Below, one piece after another: positions 20,272 to 30,354 of a stretch of DNA of 64,000 bases. Location: contig OZ252215.1 of NCBI GenBank assembly GCA_965249025.1, positions 622,600 to 686,599 on the forward strand, given 5' to 3'. The DNA comes from Dehalococcoidia bacterium (GTDB lineage Bacteria > Chloroflexota > Dehalococcoidia > Lucifugimonadales > CAYTFF01). Made by a program: the position numbers and the translations under genes. Below the pieces are notes generated by a model. The model was given only the letters and a program-made list of their open reading frames with translations, did not search any database and had not been told where the DNA came from. Every line of letters starts with the position of its first letter. The stretch's first letter is position 1.

Positions 20272-21876
20272 ATGATGAGTAAGATAAGTCAAAGGGGGTG
20301 GTTACTTTTGTGGATAGCAGCGTTCACCTTGTTTGCAGCGGCCTGCGCTGGGTCATCCGATGCCCATGGAAGCGGTGAAGACGGCATTGCGAATGAGGCG
20401 TTGACCGAAAGTAGTGCCAGTTCAATCACTAATGAGAACCCAGTCTCATATGACCCTGCTGTGGCCCAGAACGAAGCCTACTGGTACTCACGTTACAACC
20501 TTGGCCACCTAGTAATGAGGTCCGGGATGGGGATTCAATGGATGCCGCCGATGGAAAAGGTTCAAGAAATGATGAAAATGGCCCAAATATCAGCCGGTCC
20601 CTCGAACCCATACCTTGTGGAAGCCATTTACAGTTCAGGAGACCCACACTTGATCCAAGACTTTAACGGAGATGGAACCGATTTCTCGAACTTCCGTTGG
20701 GACCAGGCAAAGATGGACAAAGTAGTGACACCTCAAGCAGTGGCTTACACTATGATCAAGGAAGTTATCTGGGCCAAGTCTTTCGCCAGCGATGTGGAGG
20801 GAGCGAATCCCATGAATCACTTTAGGGCCTTGGTCCTAAGCGCCGAGGCTGCCGCACAAGCAAGGTTTGCCATGATGAATCTCCAGTCATCAGATGGCTT
20901 GCTTATAGCTGGCTGGAGGGATGGTCAGGTAACGAATACCAATGCAACTCCTCTGGATCAGATGGTTATGTTATGGGCGCTATCGGAACTGTCAGACTAT
21001 GCTGGCGGCGACTATAGATGGTACGGAGTACCTCTTACGAAAGAGCAAGCTTTAACCTGGGCAGATGAACTTCTGGTTGCTGTAGGCGAGCATCTGAGGA
21101 CTCGACCGGATTTTCTGACAGGCATGCCGTCTCGAGATCTAGGAGTCGCCCTTGCTGCACTCTCTTCATATGTCGGGTATGCTTAAATCGGTGAAGGCAA
21201 GACATTAGCCATTGAAACATTCATACCACAGTTGACTCTCGAACTTGTCGGCAGAATAGATAACGATGGCCGGCTTGAGACTGAAGGCAACTATAGTCAA
21301 GTTGTTACACAAGCGTCTGCAATCCAGGGACTCGTATTCGCCTTTCACATAACTGCTGAACAAATGCTTCAAGATGCAGTGCTAAACCTCTGGGATCACA
21401 TGGACACTCTGTGGGACGATAACGCCGAAGTTTACGTTCCCTCTCGCGGAGATACCAGCTACCGGTACACGGCTAGGGATGTCGGCGATATAGTGGGAGC
21501 TTTCAATGCTTTGCTTAATGGACTATCCATAGACGTGAGTGAGCGGTTCGCCAAATTCTTCCACTCAGCGGTCAGCGAATCAGGGCTTCAGATAGCTGAG
21601 GGGGAACCTACGGGGGGTGACAAGGATACAGACACTATCCCTGGTCCAATAGCCGCCGGAGGTCCTTTCGGTCAAGGGCCCGTGCTGGCGACAGAGGTCG
21701 TCTATCGCACCTCGTCGAATACATGGGAAGTTATTGACTCGCGATTTACAACAGCTTATGCCATGTCTGCCAATAATCAATTCATGTGGATCGGAACATG
21801 GGCAGGCAAACCTTCGGTCACAGGACATGGAATCCCTAACAACTCGATTTTCGAGGCCTCACTATCTGCTAAATAG
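20272..21876 (+). pseudogene. Secreted lipoprotein of unknown function (helical, possible alpha/alpha barrel) split by one in-frame TAA at 21184-21186
   Basis: ORFs 20272-21186 and 21232-21876 are in the same frame and the 15 codons between them are open. Lipobox AAAC. Met-rich N-terminal region. Confidence 0.7.
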
Positions 21877-21932
21877 CAAATAATCGACAAGACCACAATA
21901 TTACTCTTGCGCACGTTTTGGTAGCTTACGCA

Positions 21933-21972
21933 AAAGGACCAATGGTGTCAGTCAAAATGCCATTGGTCCTTT
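21933..21972. terminator. Hairpin between convergent genes
   Basis: AAAGGACCAATGG ... CCATTGGTCCTTT, 13-bp stem. Confidence 0.65.
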
Positions 21973-22029
21973 CACTCAAATTAGGGCACGCCCAGGATAA
22001 GAATTTCAGTCCCTGGATTGTCCAGTGAT

Positions 22030-23130
22030 CTAGCTACTGGTTACGGTGATGTTACCATGCATGCCCGCCTCTTCGTGGCCGGTTATCGTGCAAATCGAGT
22101 CGTAGCTCCCCGCTATAGCGGGGATCAGGTAGAGGTCTGCCTGCTCACCCGGAAAGATCTCGACTGCCCTGAAGTAGGGTGCCTTGATCTCTCCCGAACT
22201 GTCCTGCGCTTTGCGGAACGCCACCGATTGGTAGAATGCCTCTGCGGTGAAGTAGTGTTTCACCGCCCCCACATTGACGATCTCCAGCTTGTAGGGCTTT
22301 CCCACCTCGAATGTGAGGTTCTCTGGCGCGAACGAGAATTCGCCCATCTCGACCCGCACCGTCTGCATTGTATCCCAATCGGCTGCGGAGACAAGATCAG
22401 AGGCATTCTGCACCCAATCGCCGTCTGCCACCGGGACTATGATCGGCGCCGGTGAGACCGGTATGCTACCGGTCACGGTGATGTTACCATGCATACCCGC
22501 CTCTTCGTGGCCGGCTATCGTGCAAATCGAGTCGTAGCTCCCCGGGATAACCGGCACGAAGTACAGGTCAACTTGGTCTCCAGGGAAGACCTCTATCGCC
22601 TTGAAGTAGGGTGCCTTGAATTCTCCCTCAGAGGTTTGTGCTTTGCGGAACGCCACCGATTGGTAGAACGCCTCTGCGGTGAAGTAGTGTTTCACCGCTC
22701 CCACATTGACGATCTCCAGTTTGTAGGGCTTCCCTACCTCGAATGTGAGGTTCTCTGGCGAGAACGAGAACTCGCCCATCTCAACCCGCACCGTCTGCAT
22801 TGTATCCCAATCGGCCGCGGAGACGAAGTCGGACGCGTTCGCCACGTACGTCCCACCCGCGTGCACGTGGCCAGCGTCGGATGTCGTGGTCCCTGGCTGT
22901 CCTGCCAAGCCCTGAGCGCCTGTGGCGCCGATTGGACCGGTGGGACCAACATCACCCTGCAGACCAGCAGGACCGATGGGACCAATATCACCCTGGGGAC
23001 CGGCTAATCCAGCAGGGCCGCCTGCACCCAGGCCACCAGTAGGGCCAGTTTCACCTGTACATGCGGCCAAGGCGACCATTAGAAGTGCCAAGGCACCTGT
23101 ACTCAACAAAACCTGCATCCATTTCTTCAT
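22030..23130 (-). CDS. Lipoprotein with collagen-like stalk and two tandem type-1 (blue) copper cupredoxin domains
   Basis: Lipobox LAAC, (G-X-Y)n run, two near-identical domains (144-aa period), each with KHY...ICTI(A/T)GHEEAGM (His/Cys/His/Met). Start ATG 23130 follows GGAGG. Confidence 0.85.
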   Translation of the reverse strand: MKKWMQVLLSTGALALLMVALAACTGETGPTGGLGAGGPAGLAGPQGDIGPIGPAGLQGDVGPTGPIGATGAQGLAGQPGTTTSDAGHVHAGGTYVANASDFVSAADWDTMQTVRVEMGEFSFSPENLTFEVGKPYKLEIVNVGAVKHYFTAEAFYQSVAFRKAQTSEGEFKAPYFKAIEVFPGDQVDLYFVPVIPGSYDSICTIAGHEEAGMHGNITVTGSIPVSPAPIIVPVADGDWVQNASDLVSAADWDTMQTVRVEMGEFSFAPENLTFEVGKPYKLEIVNVGAVKHYFTAEAFYQSVAFRKAQDSSGEIKAPYFRAVEIFPGEQADLYLIPAIAGSYDSICTITGHEEAGMHGNITVTSS

Positions 23131-23203
23131 CCTAGCCTCCTTTCGAACTGCTTTATTAAGACTGATAACGGCCAATGCGTATTCTTTGTATCATGCAACG
23201 CTG

Positions 23204-23251
23204 TTACAGTTCCGTAACAAGGCAAGGTAGGGCCATTACATCTCCATTACA
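23204..23251 (-). promoter_or_regulatory. Four-half-site direct-repeat operator (T(T/A)ACA at offsets 0/11/32/43), copy 1
   Basis: ttaca 23204, taaca 23215, ttaca 23236, ttaca 23247. Lies upstream of the cupredoxin gene. Confidence 0.6.
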
Positions 23252-23728
23252 ATCGCTGAGAGGAACGTACCTCACAGCCCCTTCGCCGATCCTGTCTTGG
23301 CAATTCTCTCCATTTGCCAATTATTGGGGTTCTCTAAGCCGTTGCCAGTGGCTTGAATTCGAGACTTGTTGAAGGAGTAGTTGTTCTCAATATGGCTGAA
23401 GGGCGCCCTTTCTGCGTGAGCCTCCAATTGCACCAACAAGTGCCGCCTTTTGAATTGGTCTAGATAGCGCGAGTCGAATTAGTGTGAACACATAACACAA
23501 GGTGCTGCTGGTGAGATTCTGGAGCAAGCAGACAGTGGGAGGGGTAGCCTACACATGCAGATGCACAACTCCGTGCCTGGCTACCTGGTCGTGGGCATCG
23601 ATTTTGTAAAGAAGCACAGTCGACAAGGGCCCGTACGCTGAGGAGCGTTTGGAATTCTAGGGCCCTTTGACGGCCCCTGGTCTCCCACGTACCAAACAAC
23701 ATGTTCTCTTCATCAGGCACTCTGTCAT

Positions 23729-24145
23729 TTAGCCTGGTTGGGTGCTGCCAGAACGCGTGAAAAGAGTTGACAGAATGGTCGGCAGCCTGCTCCACAGTTC
23801 ATTTCCCTTTAGCAGGCATGCAATTGCCCCGAGTTCCAGGGCATGTTTGCGCATATCAGGGTCTAATTCCATGCTCATCAAGACTATATTGTGGTCAGGA
23901 TTCTCACTCCTAAGAGCTGCCATAGCATCGAGTCCATTCATCATCGGCATGCGAATATCCATTAAGATCAAGCTTGGGCTTAACTGTCGAGCCTGTTCCA
24001 AGGCCTCTAGTCCATTGGCTGCTTCTCCTATGTTCAGGCATCTAGGTTCAGCTTGCATCATGCCAACTATGGCTTTTCGAAAGCGAGTTGAGTCATCGAC
24101 GACCAATATCGTGTACTGCCCAGCGCAGTCTTTAAGTCGCTTCAT
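23729..24145 (-). CDS. Stand-alone response-regulator receiver (CheY/NarL-like)
   Basis: ILVVDD, LILMDIRMP, LLK. No output domain. Confidence 0.85.
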   Translation of the reverse strand: MKRLKDCAGQYTILVVDDSTRFRKAIVGMMQAEPRCLNIGEAANGLEALEQARQLSPSLILMDIRMPMMNGLDAMAALRSENPDHNIVLMSMELDPDMRKHALELGAIACLLKGNELWSRLPTILSTLFTRSGSTQPG

Positions 24146-24357
24146 GATGTATCTCCTTTCTTATTTCCCTTGCTGGCTCTACAGATGGCCGTCGATCAAT
24201 CAGACTTTCCCTTATATTTCCCCTCACAAGCTCGAAATAGCTGAGGCGGGGTGTCACCATATGGGGCGACGCCTCTCGCAATCTCTAAGCATCCGTTTGT
24301 ACTAGCCCTGCAGCAATACCTTATGTGTTGAAGATTCCAGCTTAGAGCGAGGACACA

Positions 24358-24405
24358 TTACAGTTCCATAACAATCGTCAGAGAAGTTGTAACAATCCCA
24401 TTACA
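24358..24405 (-). promoter_or_regulatory. Four-half-site direct-repeat operator, copy 2
   Basis: ttaca 24358, taaca 24369, taaca 24390, ttaca 24401. Spacing identical to copy 1. Confidence 0.6.
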
Positions 24406-24423
24406 ATCATAGGCAAGAAAGAG

Positions 24424-24455
24424 AAGAGGGGGAGTCTGAGATGACTCCCCCTCTT
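24424..24455 (-). terminator. Intrinsic terminator after the OmpR-family regulator
   Basis: AAGAGGGGGAGTC-tgagat-GACTCCCCCTCTT, followed on the minus strand by CTCTTTCTT. Confidence 0.7.
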
Positions 24456-24477
24456 ACGATCGGCAAGGAACCAATGC

Positions 24478-25158
24478 CTACATGCTGCTTGCAAACATAT
24501 ACCCTACTCCTGGAACTGTTGAGATGAACTTGGGGCTTTGCGGATCCTCTTTAATCTTTTGGCGCAGGCGCCAAACTGTAACTCTAAGCACCTCGTGCTC
24601 GCCGACGTACCCGTGCCCCCAGACCTTTTGGAGAAGATCGTCACTAGTAATGGCTCTGCCTGCATTGGTTGAAAGGTAGTGTAGGACTCGGTACTCTGTT
24701 GGAGACAAGCGAACTTCCTGATTCTGCACGGTCACGCGGTGGGTAAGAAAGTCCACCCTTAGGGTTCCGGATGTGAAAGATGTCTGCTCCTGGGTAATCT
24801 CCGCTAATCGAGCCCGTCGTAGAACCGCCTCGACTCTAGCTAGCAACTCCTGTGCGGAGAATGGCTTTACAATGTAGTCATCGGCCCCTAGCCGCAGCCA
24901 TTTCACTTTGTCATCATCGCTGCCCAGAGCGGTGAGCATGATAACGGGAACTGTAGAGAACTCGCGGATGCGGGCGCACACCTCAAAGCCGTCTTGGCCT
25001 GGAAGCTTGATGTCCAAGATCACGAGGTCGATGGGCCGTTGGGCAATGGCGGTAAGCGCCTCCTCGCCGGAACCCTCACAACCAACATGGTAGCCTTCCG
25101 CTTCCAGATTGAACTGGATCAGGCGCAAGTACCTGGGCTCGTCGTCGACCACCAACAC
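24478..25158 (-). CDS. OmpR/PhoB-family response regulator
   Basis: LVVDD, ILDIKLPG, GADDYIVKPF, winged-helix LSPTEY...TVPGVGY. An ATA at 25171-25173 behind GGAGGAGG may be a mutated ATG. Confidence 0.9.
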   Translation of the reverse strand: MLVVDDEPRYLRLIQFNLEAEGYHVGCEGSGEEALTAIAQRPIDLVILDIKLPGQDGFEVCARIREFSTVPVIMLTALGSDDDKVKWLRLGADDYIVKPFSAQELLARVEAVLRRARLAEITQEQTSFTSGTLRVDFLTHRVTVQNQEVRLSPTEYRVLHYLSTNAGRAITSDDLLQKVWGHGYVGEHEVLRVTVWRLRQKIKEDPQSPKFISTVPGVGYMFASSM

Positions 25159-25169
25159 GTATTCGCCGG

Positions 25170-26657
25170 CTATCTCGTACCTCCTCCATCGGGGGACGCC
25201 GACAGACCCTCATAGTCTGTTGCCTCGTCCACAAACCCATCTACGATGGGAAGAGTGAATCGGAACGTGCTGCCCGCGTTCGGGTTGCTCTCCACCCACA
25301 ATTTACCGTCGTGGGACTCGACGATGCCCTTGCAGATAGCAAGGCCGAGGCCGGCGCCACGAATGCCCTTTCGCTGTGAGCTCTCACCACGGTAGAATGC
25401 TTGGAATATCCGTTTCTGCTCGTACGCAACGATGCCGTAGCCCTGATCCCTGATACTGATCACAGCATTTCCGTCTTCGCTTGACACGGTAACGCTGATA
25501 GTCGATGCAGGGTCTGAGTACCTAGCAGCGTTCTCCAACAGGTTGCGGAGAACCTGCTCAATCCTCACTGGGTCAACTAGCACGCCGATCCCAGCGCTAT
25601 CGAGTTCGGTTACAAGCGCATAGCCCCTGTCATGGAGATAGGGCGAGATTTTATGTAGAGCGCCTTCTACGAGTTCTTTCAAGGATATCTCTCACCGACT
25701 CATTTGAAGCCTGCCTGCTTGTAGTCTTGAGGCATCCAGAAGATCATCAATCATCACCTGGAGTTTGCTTGACTCGTCAGAAATGACCCGTAGGAATTCT
25801 TTACTCGTGGTGGCATCCACCTATATATCATCCCTCAGCAGTGTGGAGGCGTATCCTTTGATGAACCCCAGGGGCGTTCGCAGTTCGTGGGATATTGTGG
25901 AGATGAACTCGGCCTTCATCCGATCCAACTCCTGCTGCGCCGCCACCCGAGCCAGCTCACCCCGTTGGCGGTCAATGGTAAGACTGGCTCCTTTGACCAT
26001 CCCTACCAGAATTAAATACATTACCAGCGTGGCAGTCCCGACGATCAACCAACTCCGAAGACGCGCCGCCTGAATCTCTTCTACAAGGGCCTTCGTCTCC
26101 TCGTAGAATTCTACAGCACCTACGATCTCTCCCGTGTTGAACAAACGTAAAGGAGTGTAAGTCTCCTGCAGCCGAGAAAACCATTGCCTCTCGTAGTCGT
26201 TCTCAGGTTCGGATAGATCACTAATGTGAGAAACCGTCTCGCCACGGAGGGCTCCTTGCAATCCACGCCCCACCTGAAAAGTCATACCAACAATCTTTCT
26301 GTGCGGACTGTAGAGGATACGCCCGTTCCGAGACCACACCTTGAACGAAACGATCCTCTGACCCAGTTCAGTTTCGATTAGAAGCCTGTCGAGAGCTTCT
26401 ATTTGATCAGGGCGTAGCTCCCCAGGCTCGCCTAGGTTCTGAAGATGAGGTGACACAGAGCTGGTCACGAAGGAAGCGGTTACCGCCGCCGTGCGAGTCA
26501 TGACACCGCGCTCAATCTGCCTTGTGACCCACCAACCAATGATCAGCAATCCCGTTAGCAAGATGGCAAAGCTCACCAGAGCAAAGCGCTTAGTCAGGCT
26601 GATTTGAGAGAACAGCCTCAACAACCGACTGACTATCACATTGCTTTTCGCAATCAT
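25170..26657 (-). pseudogene. Membrane sensor histidine kinase (HisKA + HATPase) with in-frame TAG (25821-23) and TGA (25692-94)
   Basis: ISHELRTPL H-box, NLLENA, D.G.G and GAGLGL boxes are all in one frame, interrupted by two stops. Confidence 0.85.
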
Positions 26658-26761
26658 GATTGACTACAACCTGGAATCCTAAACATAAGTTTAGTGTAGA
26701 ACCGTCCGTGGGTATTCTACAAGAGTCGCTGGTGGCCTGTCCCAGTTAGGTCCGTTGTTTA

Positions 26762-28213
26762 CTAAGAGAATGAAGTTCCAATTCCTATCAGCCTGTAAAA
26801 CCAACTGCTGATCGCCATGAAGTTTCCGCTAACGAGAAGGACTCCATAGCCAGCAATCAATGTCGCGCTTGCCAGGCCCATCCAGGGTATAACCTTCTCC
26901 ATGCGAAAGAGGAGCGGGAGAACCTTGGCCATAGCTCCAAAGACCAACGGAATGCCCATGCCCAATGAGAAGAGGAAGAGGAGTGTAGCTCCCACCAGCG
27001 GAGACCCGGCCAGTCCTACGTAGAGGACCATCCCAATCAGGACTGCCGAACCGAAGCAGGTCATACATCCGGTGGCAAAGGTCACTCCCACCACCATACT
27101 CTCCCATGGTGAGGTTGTACCACCCTTACGGGCCATCCTGGAAGCGAGCGGCATCTTGCAGACCAGAGGAGCTCTGGCTCTTACGGCGACACGAATCGCC
27201 AGTCCCAAAAGGATGATTCCAGCCCCAACGCTCAAATAGCGCTGCCACAAATAAAATGAGTCCAAGTTGGCCAATTGTTGGGAGCCGTAGCCAATGACAG
27301 CTCCTGCCGATGTATACACGATGGTGAATCCTACGACAAAGAAAAAGGCGGTCTTTACTACTCCTACCCGCGGTCTCAGGCCCTTAGCGGTAGAAGCTTC
27401 TTGCATACTCATACCGGCCATAGTAGGGATGAAGTAAGCCGTTAGCTGAAACAGACAGGGCCACATTGCCGCCAACAGTCCGCCCAACACAGCTAGCACG
27501 GCGACGCCGGACACTGCAGGCACCGGTAGGCCCCTGTTTGGCTGTCCCAGGGCAACATCAGAGCTGGAGTAGTCCTCTGAATACTCCAAAGGCAGCTTCC
27601 ATCTCAAGACATTGCCACTGGATTCGACGCCGTCCGATGCGGTGAACATCATCTCAAAGGTAGTCCCCTGTTCCAAGGCTGAGGAGTCCGCCAACTTGTC
27701 CGCAGAGTAACGTACTACTGTGGAACGGTGGTGAGGGGAATCGGCCATAACTAAGCTCTCAGTAGGCTCCAGCGATTCAGAACCGTTGATCCGCAGGAGA
27801 GGCTGAGGCGGAGTTGGAGGGAGTTCATCGATATGCACAGTCTCCTTTATGTAGAATAAGAGAGATGGCTCGGCCAGGGCGGAAGCGGGTGGCTCTCGCC
27901 TGAGGGCCGAGAAGTACTGAGGAGTCGCAAAAAGAACATCAACTCCTGGTGTTTCGCCATCGTCGACAGGACGCACTCCGTATCGGTTCAGAACACCTAT
28001 CATGTCGCGCCATTGAAGATCAGGCATCACTGCATTGCCAGAGGGAGGAGAGGCAAAGTCGAAATTGAAGATTTGCCCTAATCCAATGACCAAAATTGCG
28101 ACCAGCGGTATTCCAATCAAACCTAGCCACCATTTCCCTCCTCTTGGTAGGAGAGTGCGGAAGCCCCACCCAACCCGTCTAGTAGTGGTCGTCGAATCAG
28201 TGAAGGTGCTCAT
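26762..28213 (-). CDS. CcdA/DsbD-like transmembrane disulfide-exchange protein fused to an N-terminal extracytoplasmic domain
   Basis: MWPCLFQL, FVVGFTIVYTSAG and ATGCMTCFG...LFSLGMGIPL match the CcdA transmembrane core. Confidence 0.75.
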   Translation of the reverse strand: MSTFTDSTTTTRRVGWGFRTLLPRGGKWWLGLIGIPLVAILVIGLGQIFNFDFASPPSGNAVMPDLQWRDMIGVLNRYGVRPVDDGETPGVDVLFATPQYFSALRREPPASALAEPSLLFYIKETVHIDELPPTPPQPLLRINGSESLEPTESLVMADSPHHRSTVVRYSADKLADSSALEQGTTFEMMFTASDGVESSGNVLRWKLPLEYSEDYSSSDVALGQPNRGLPVPAVSGVAVLAVLGGLLAAMWPCLFQLTAYFIPTMAGMSMQEASTAKGLRPRVGVVKTAFFFVVGFTIVYTSAGAVIGYGSQQLANLDSFYLWQRYLSVGAGIILLGLAIRVAVRARAPLVCKMPLASRMARKGGTTSPWESMVVGVTFATGCMTCFGSAVLIGMVLYVGLAGSPLVGATLLFLFSLGMGIPLVFGAMAKVLPLLFRMEKVIPWMGLASATLIAGYGVLLVSGNFMAISSWFYRLIGIGTSFS

Positions 28214-28228
28214 TATATAGACTCCTCT

Positions 28229-29284
28229 CTAATTAGGTAGAAATGCGGCTAAGTGGCTAATAGTAGGAATGTAGATGGCGAGGACGATGGCGACGGCCAG
28301 TGAAAGCCCAATCACCACATTGGCAATTGTAAGTCGAAATAACGGTGAATCCTTGGTGGCCACAGATGCCTCTTCTACCACATCGCTCTTTCTTTCCACA
28401 ATCGATGTACTGCCTCCCGTGACGATGGACAGGGAGGCTAGTCTGAGAGCCTTTGCCATACGCACAGTTAGAACTCCCGACACACCGAGCACGAAGGCTT
28501 TGAACACTATGGTTGCGACATAGTGTGGACCGAAGGGTATGCGCAACATCACGTCCAAATCGAACACTCCCGGCGGCTTTATGGGAGCGCTATAGATAGC
28601 GCTATAGACGCCGCTGGCTGCCAGTAAGAATAGGCTGAAGACAGCAGCAGGGAAGAAAAAGCTTGAGAGTCGTTGGAACACAGGTGGCCTAGAAACTGGA
28701 GGGAGAAACCAGTACGCCACCAGTATCACTGCTGTCATGCCAAACCAGACGATGCCAGCTAAGGTGTGAGATATGCGCACGCCAATAGCCGCGACATCTC
28801 GCCAGTTGAAACTGAAAAAGAGGTCTAGCACCTGCTGACGGACCTCATCAGTGTTAGTCGTTGGACCTATCGGAACCACACTCTCAACGAAACTGACTTC
28901 TCCATCTCCTAGCTCCTCCACCCTGAGAGTCACGTTCCAGGAGCCGAACATTGGGAAGGCAACTTGAGCGGCGTAAAGTCCAGGTTCATTAAGTGGTTCA
29001 AGGAGGACAGGCTCCATTGGTGGACCGCCTCCTTGCCTCTCCGCACTGAGCATGACCTTGGCTTCCTCGACTGGTTCTCGGTCGCCGGTGAACACCACAA
29101 GGACGCGGTATAGACGGCCCAGCGGCTCCTGAGAGTCGGGGGTGAAGGACGAAACCTCAAGGCTTAGCTCCTTCCCATGGGCTTGAACCGCCTGCCCAAT
29201 GGGGGTAACTCCAAGCATCATGAAAAGGACTCCAGTCAGTACGAAGCCTATAATCCAGCGATGTAACATATTTCTAATTCCCAT
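28229..29284 (-). CDS. YtkA/FixH-like Ig domain + CopD-like membrane domain
   Basis: EPGLYAAQVAFPMFGSWNVTL, followed by a TM region with ISHTLAGIVWFG (CopD-type H.LA..W.G) and a C-terminal ISH. Confidence 0.65.
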   Translation of the reverse strand: MGIRNMLHRWIIGFVLTGVLFMMLGVTPIGQAVQAHGKELSLEVSSFTPDSQEPLGRLYRVLVVFTGDREPVEEAKVMLSAERQGGGPPMEPVLLEPLNEPGLYAAQVAFPMFGSWNVTLRVEELGDGEVSFVESVVPIGPTTNTDEVRQQVLDLFFSFNWRDVAAIGVRISHTLAGIVWFGMTAVILVAYWFLPPVSRPPVFQRLSSFFFPAAVFSLFLLAASGVYSAIYSAPIKPPGVFDLDVMLRIPFGPHYVATIVFKAFVLGVSGVLTVRMAKALRLASLSIVTGGSTSIVERKSDVVEEASVATKDSPLFRLTIANVVIGLSLAVAIVLAIYIPTISHLAAFLPN

Positions 29285-29297
29285 AACCCCACGAATC

Positions 29298-29849
29298 TCA
29301 CGGGAAGAACTTCACAATGAACAGGAGGTGTTTTTTGCCTTTCGGCAACTGCACAGTCACGTCCACGGACCAGTCTCCGTACATCAGAAAGGCGAGGGGC
29401 AGGACATAGTGGCCGTCCCCAAGCTTTTGCCCAATTTGGGCGTCAATTCCGTGATCCATAAAGACCATATCGTAAATCAGGTCTACCTCAACGTCGGTGA
29501 CCGGTTGATAATCTTCATTGTTTAGTAAAAAGAGGAGCAGGTCAGTCTGCCAGTCGGGTGGATAAGGAGCGAGGAAAACCTCCGCGGTCTTGTCCTCGCT
29601 CAAGGGAACCCTACCACCATTTCTTATAGCCACAGCTTCTCCATTTTGAACAAAGCCAAGCTGGGCTGAAATAGGATCTATATCTTCTCCTATTGGGCTT
29701 ACCTCTACAGAGACGTTCTGTTGGCTTTGGGGCGTGGCAGATTTGAACTCCACGGAAGGGCCAGTACCAGCACCGCATCCTATTAGCACTAGTGTAGTGC
29801 TAAGCATTAGCATCGTTCCCAGAGTCACCCGTCTTCGTATCATCATCAC
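29298..29849 (-). CDS. Lipoprotein with YtkA/FixH-like domain and Met/His patch
   Basis: Lipobox LIGC, DMVFMDHG, DGHYVLPLAFLMYGDWSVDV. Confidence 0.6.
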   Translation of the reverse strand: MMMIRRRVTLGTMLMLSTTLVLIGCGAGTGPSVEFKSATPQSQQNVSVEVSPIGEDIDPISAQLGFVQNGEAVAIRNGGRVPLSEDKTAEVFLAPYPPDWQTDLLLFLLNNEDYQPVTDVEVDLIYDMVFMDHGIDAQIGQKLGDGHYVLPLAFLMYGDWSVDVTVQLPKGKKHLLFIVKFFP

Positions 29850-29862
29850 ACCTCACACTCCA

Positions 29863-30255
29863 CTAAGGTTGAGTCGCCAGCCATTGGAGATAAGTCGATA
29901 CCGCCTCTACTTTTTCCTGGTTAAGGTTAATGAAATCCATTGCGTCTATAGAATCCAGTGCAAAACGGATGTCACCTGGTGTCTTTCCAAGGATGCTGGG
30001 GCCAATGTTTCCTTTGCCATCGGGGCCATGGCAATATGAGCAGCCTATACCATCTTTTGTTGCGGCATTTTTGAAAATTCTCTCACCAAGTTCAAAGGGC
30101 GTCTCCTCCATTTCGCTACCACTCCCAGGATTTGTCTGGGCTGGTGCCGATGTCGGCGTGGGGTTGGGGTTAGAGCCCGAAGCGGAGCTGCTACCTCCTC
30201 CGCACGCCGCCGCAAGCAATCCGAATATCAACAGCAATGCCATCAAACTGCCCAA
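29863..30255 (-). CDS. Monoheme class I cytochrome c lipoprotein
   Basis: LAAAC lipobox, CSYCH heme motif, distal Met (AMD). Confidence 0.85.
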   Translation of the reverse strand: MGSLMALLLIFGLLAAACGGGSSSASGSNPNPTPTSAPAQTNPGSGSEMEETPFELGERIFKNAATKDGIGCSYCHGPDGKGNIGPSILGKTPGDIRFALDSIDAMDFINLNQEKVEAVSTYLQWLATQP

Positions 30256-30354
30256 TATGTATCGTTTTTACATGCTTTTCCTACCTCTCATCTGCTTCCT
30301 CCGTCGACCTGTGGGCACCCAGCTTTGAAGCTGGGTGCCCACTTCTATACAGAA

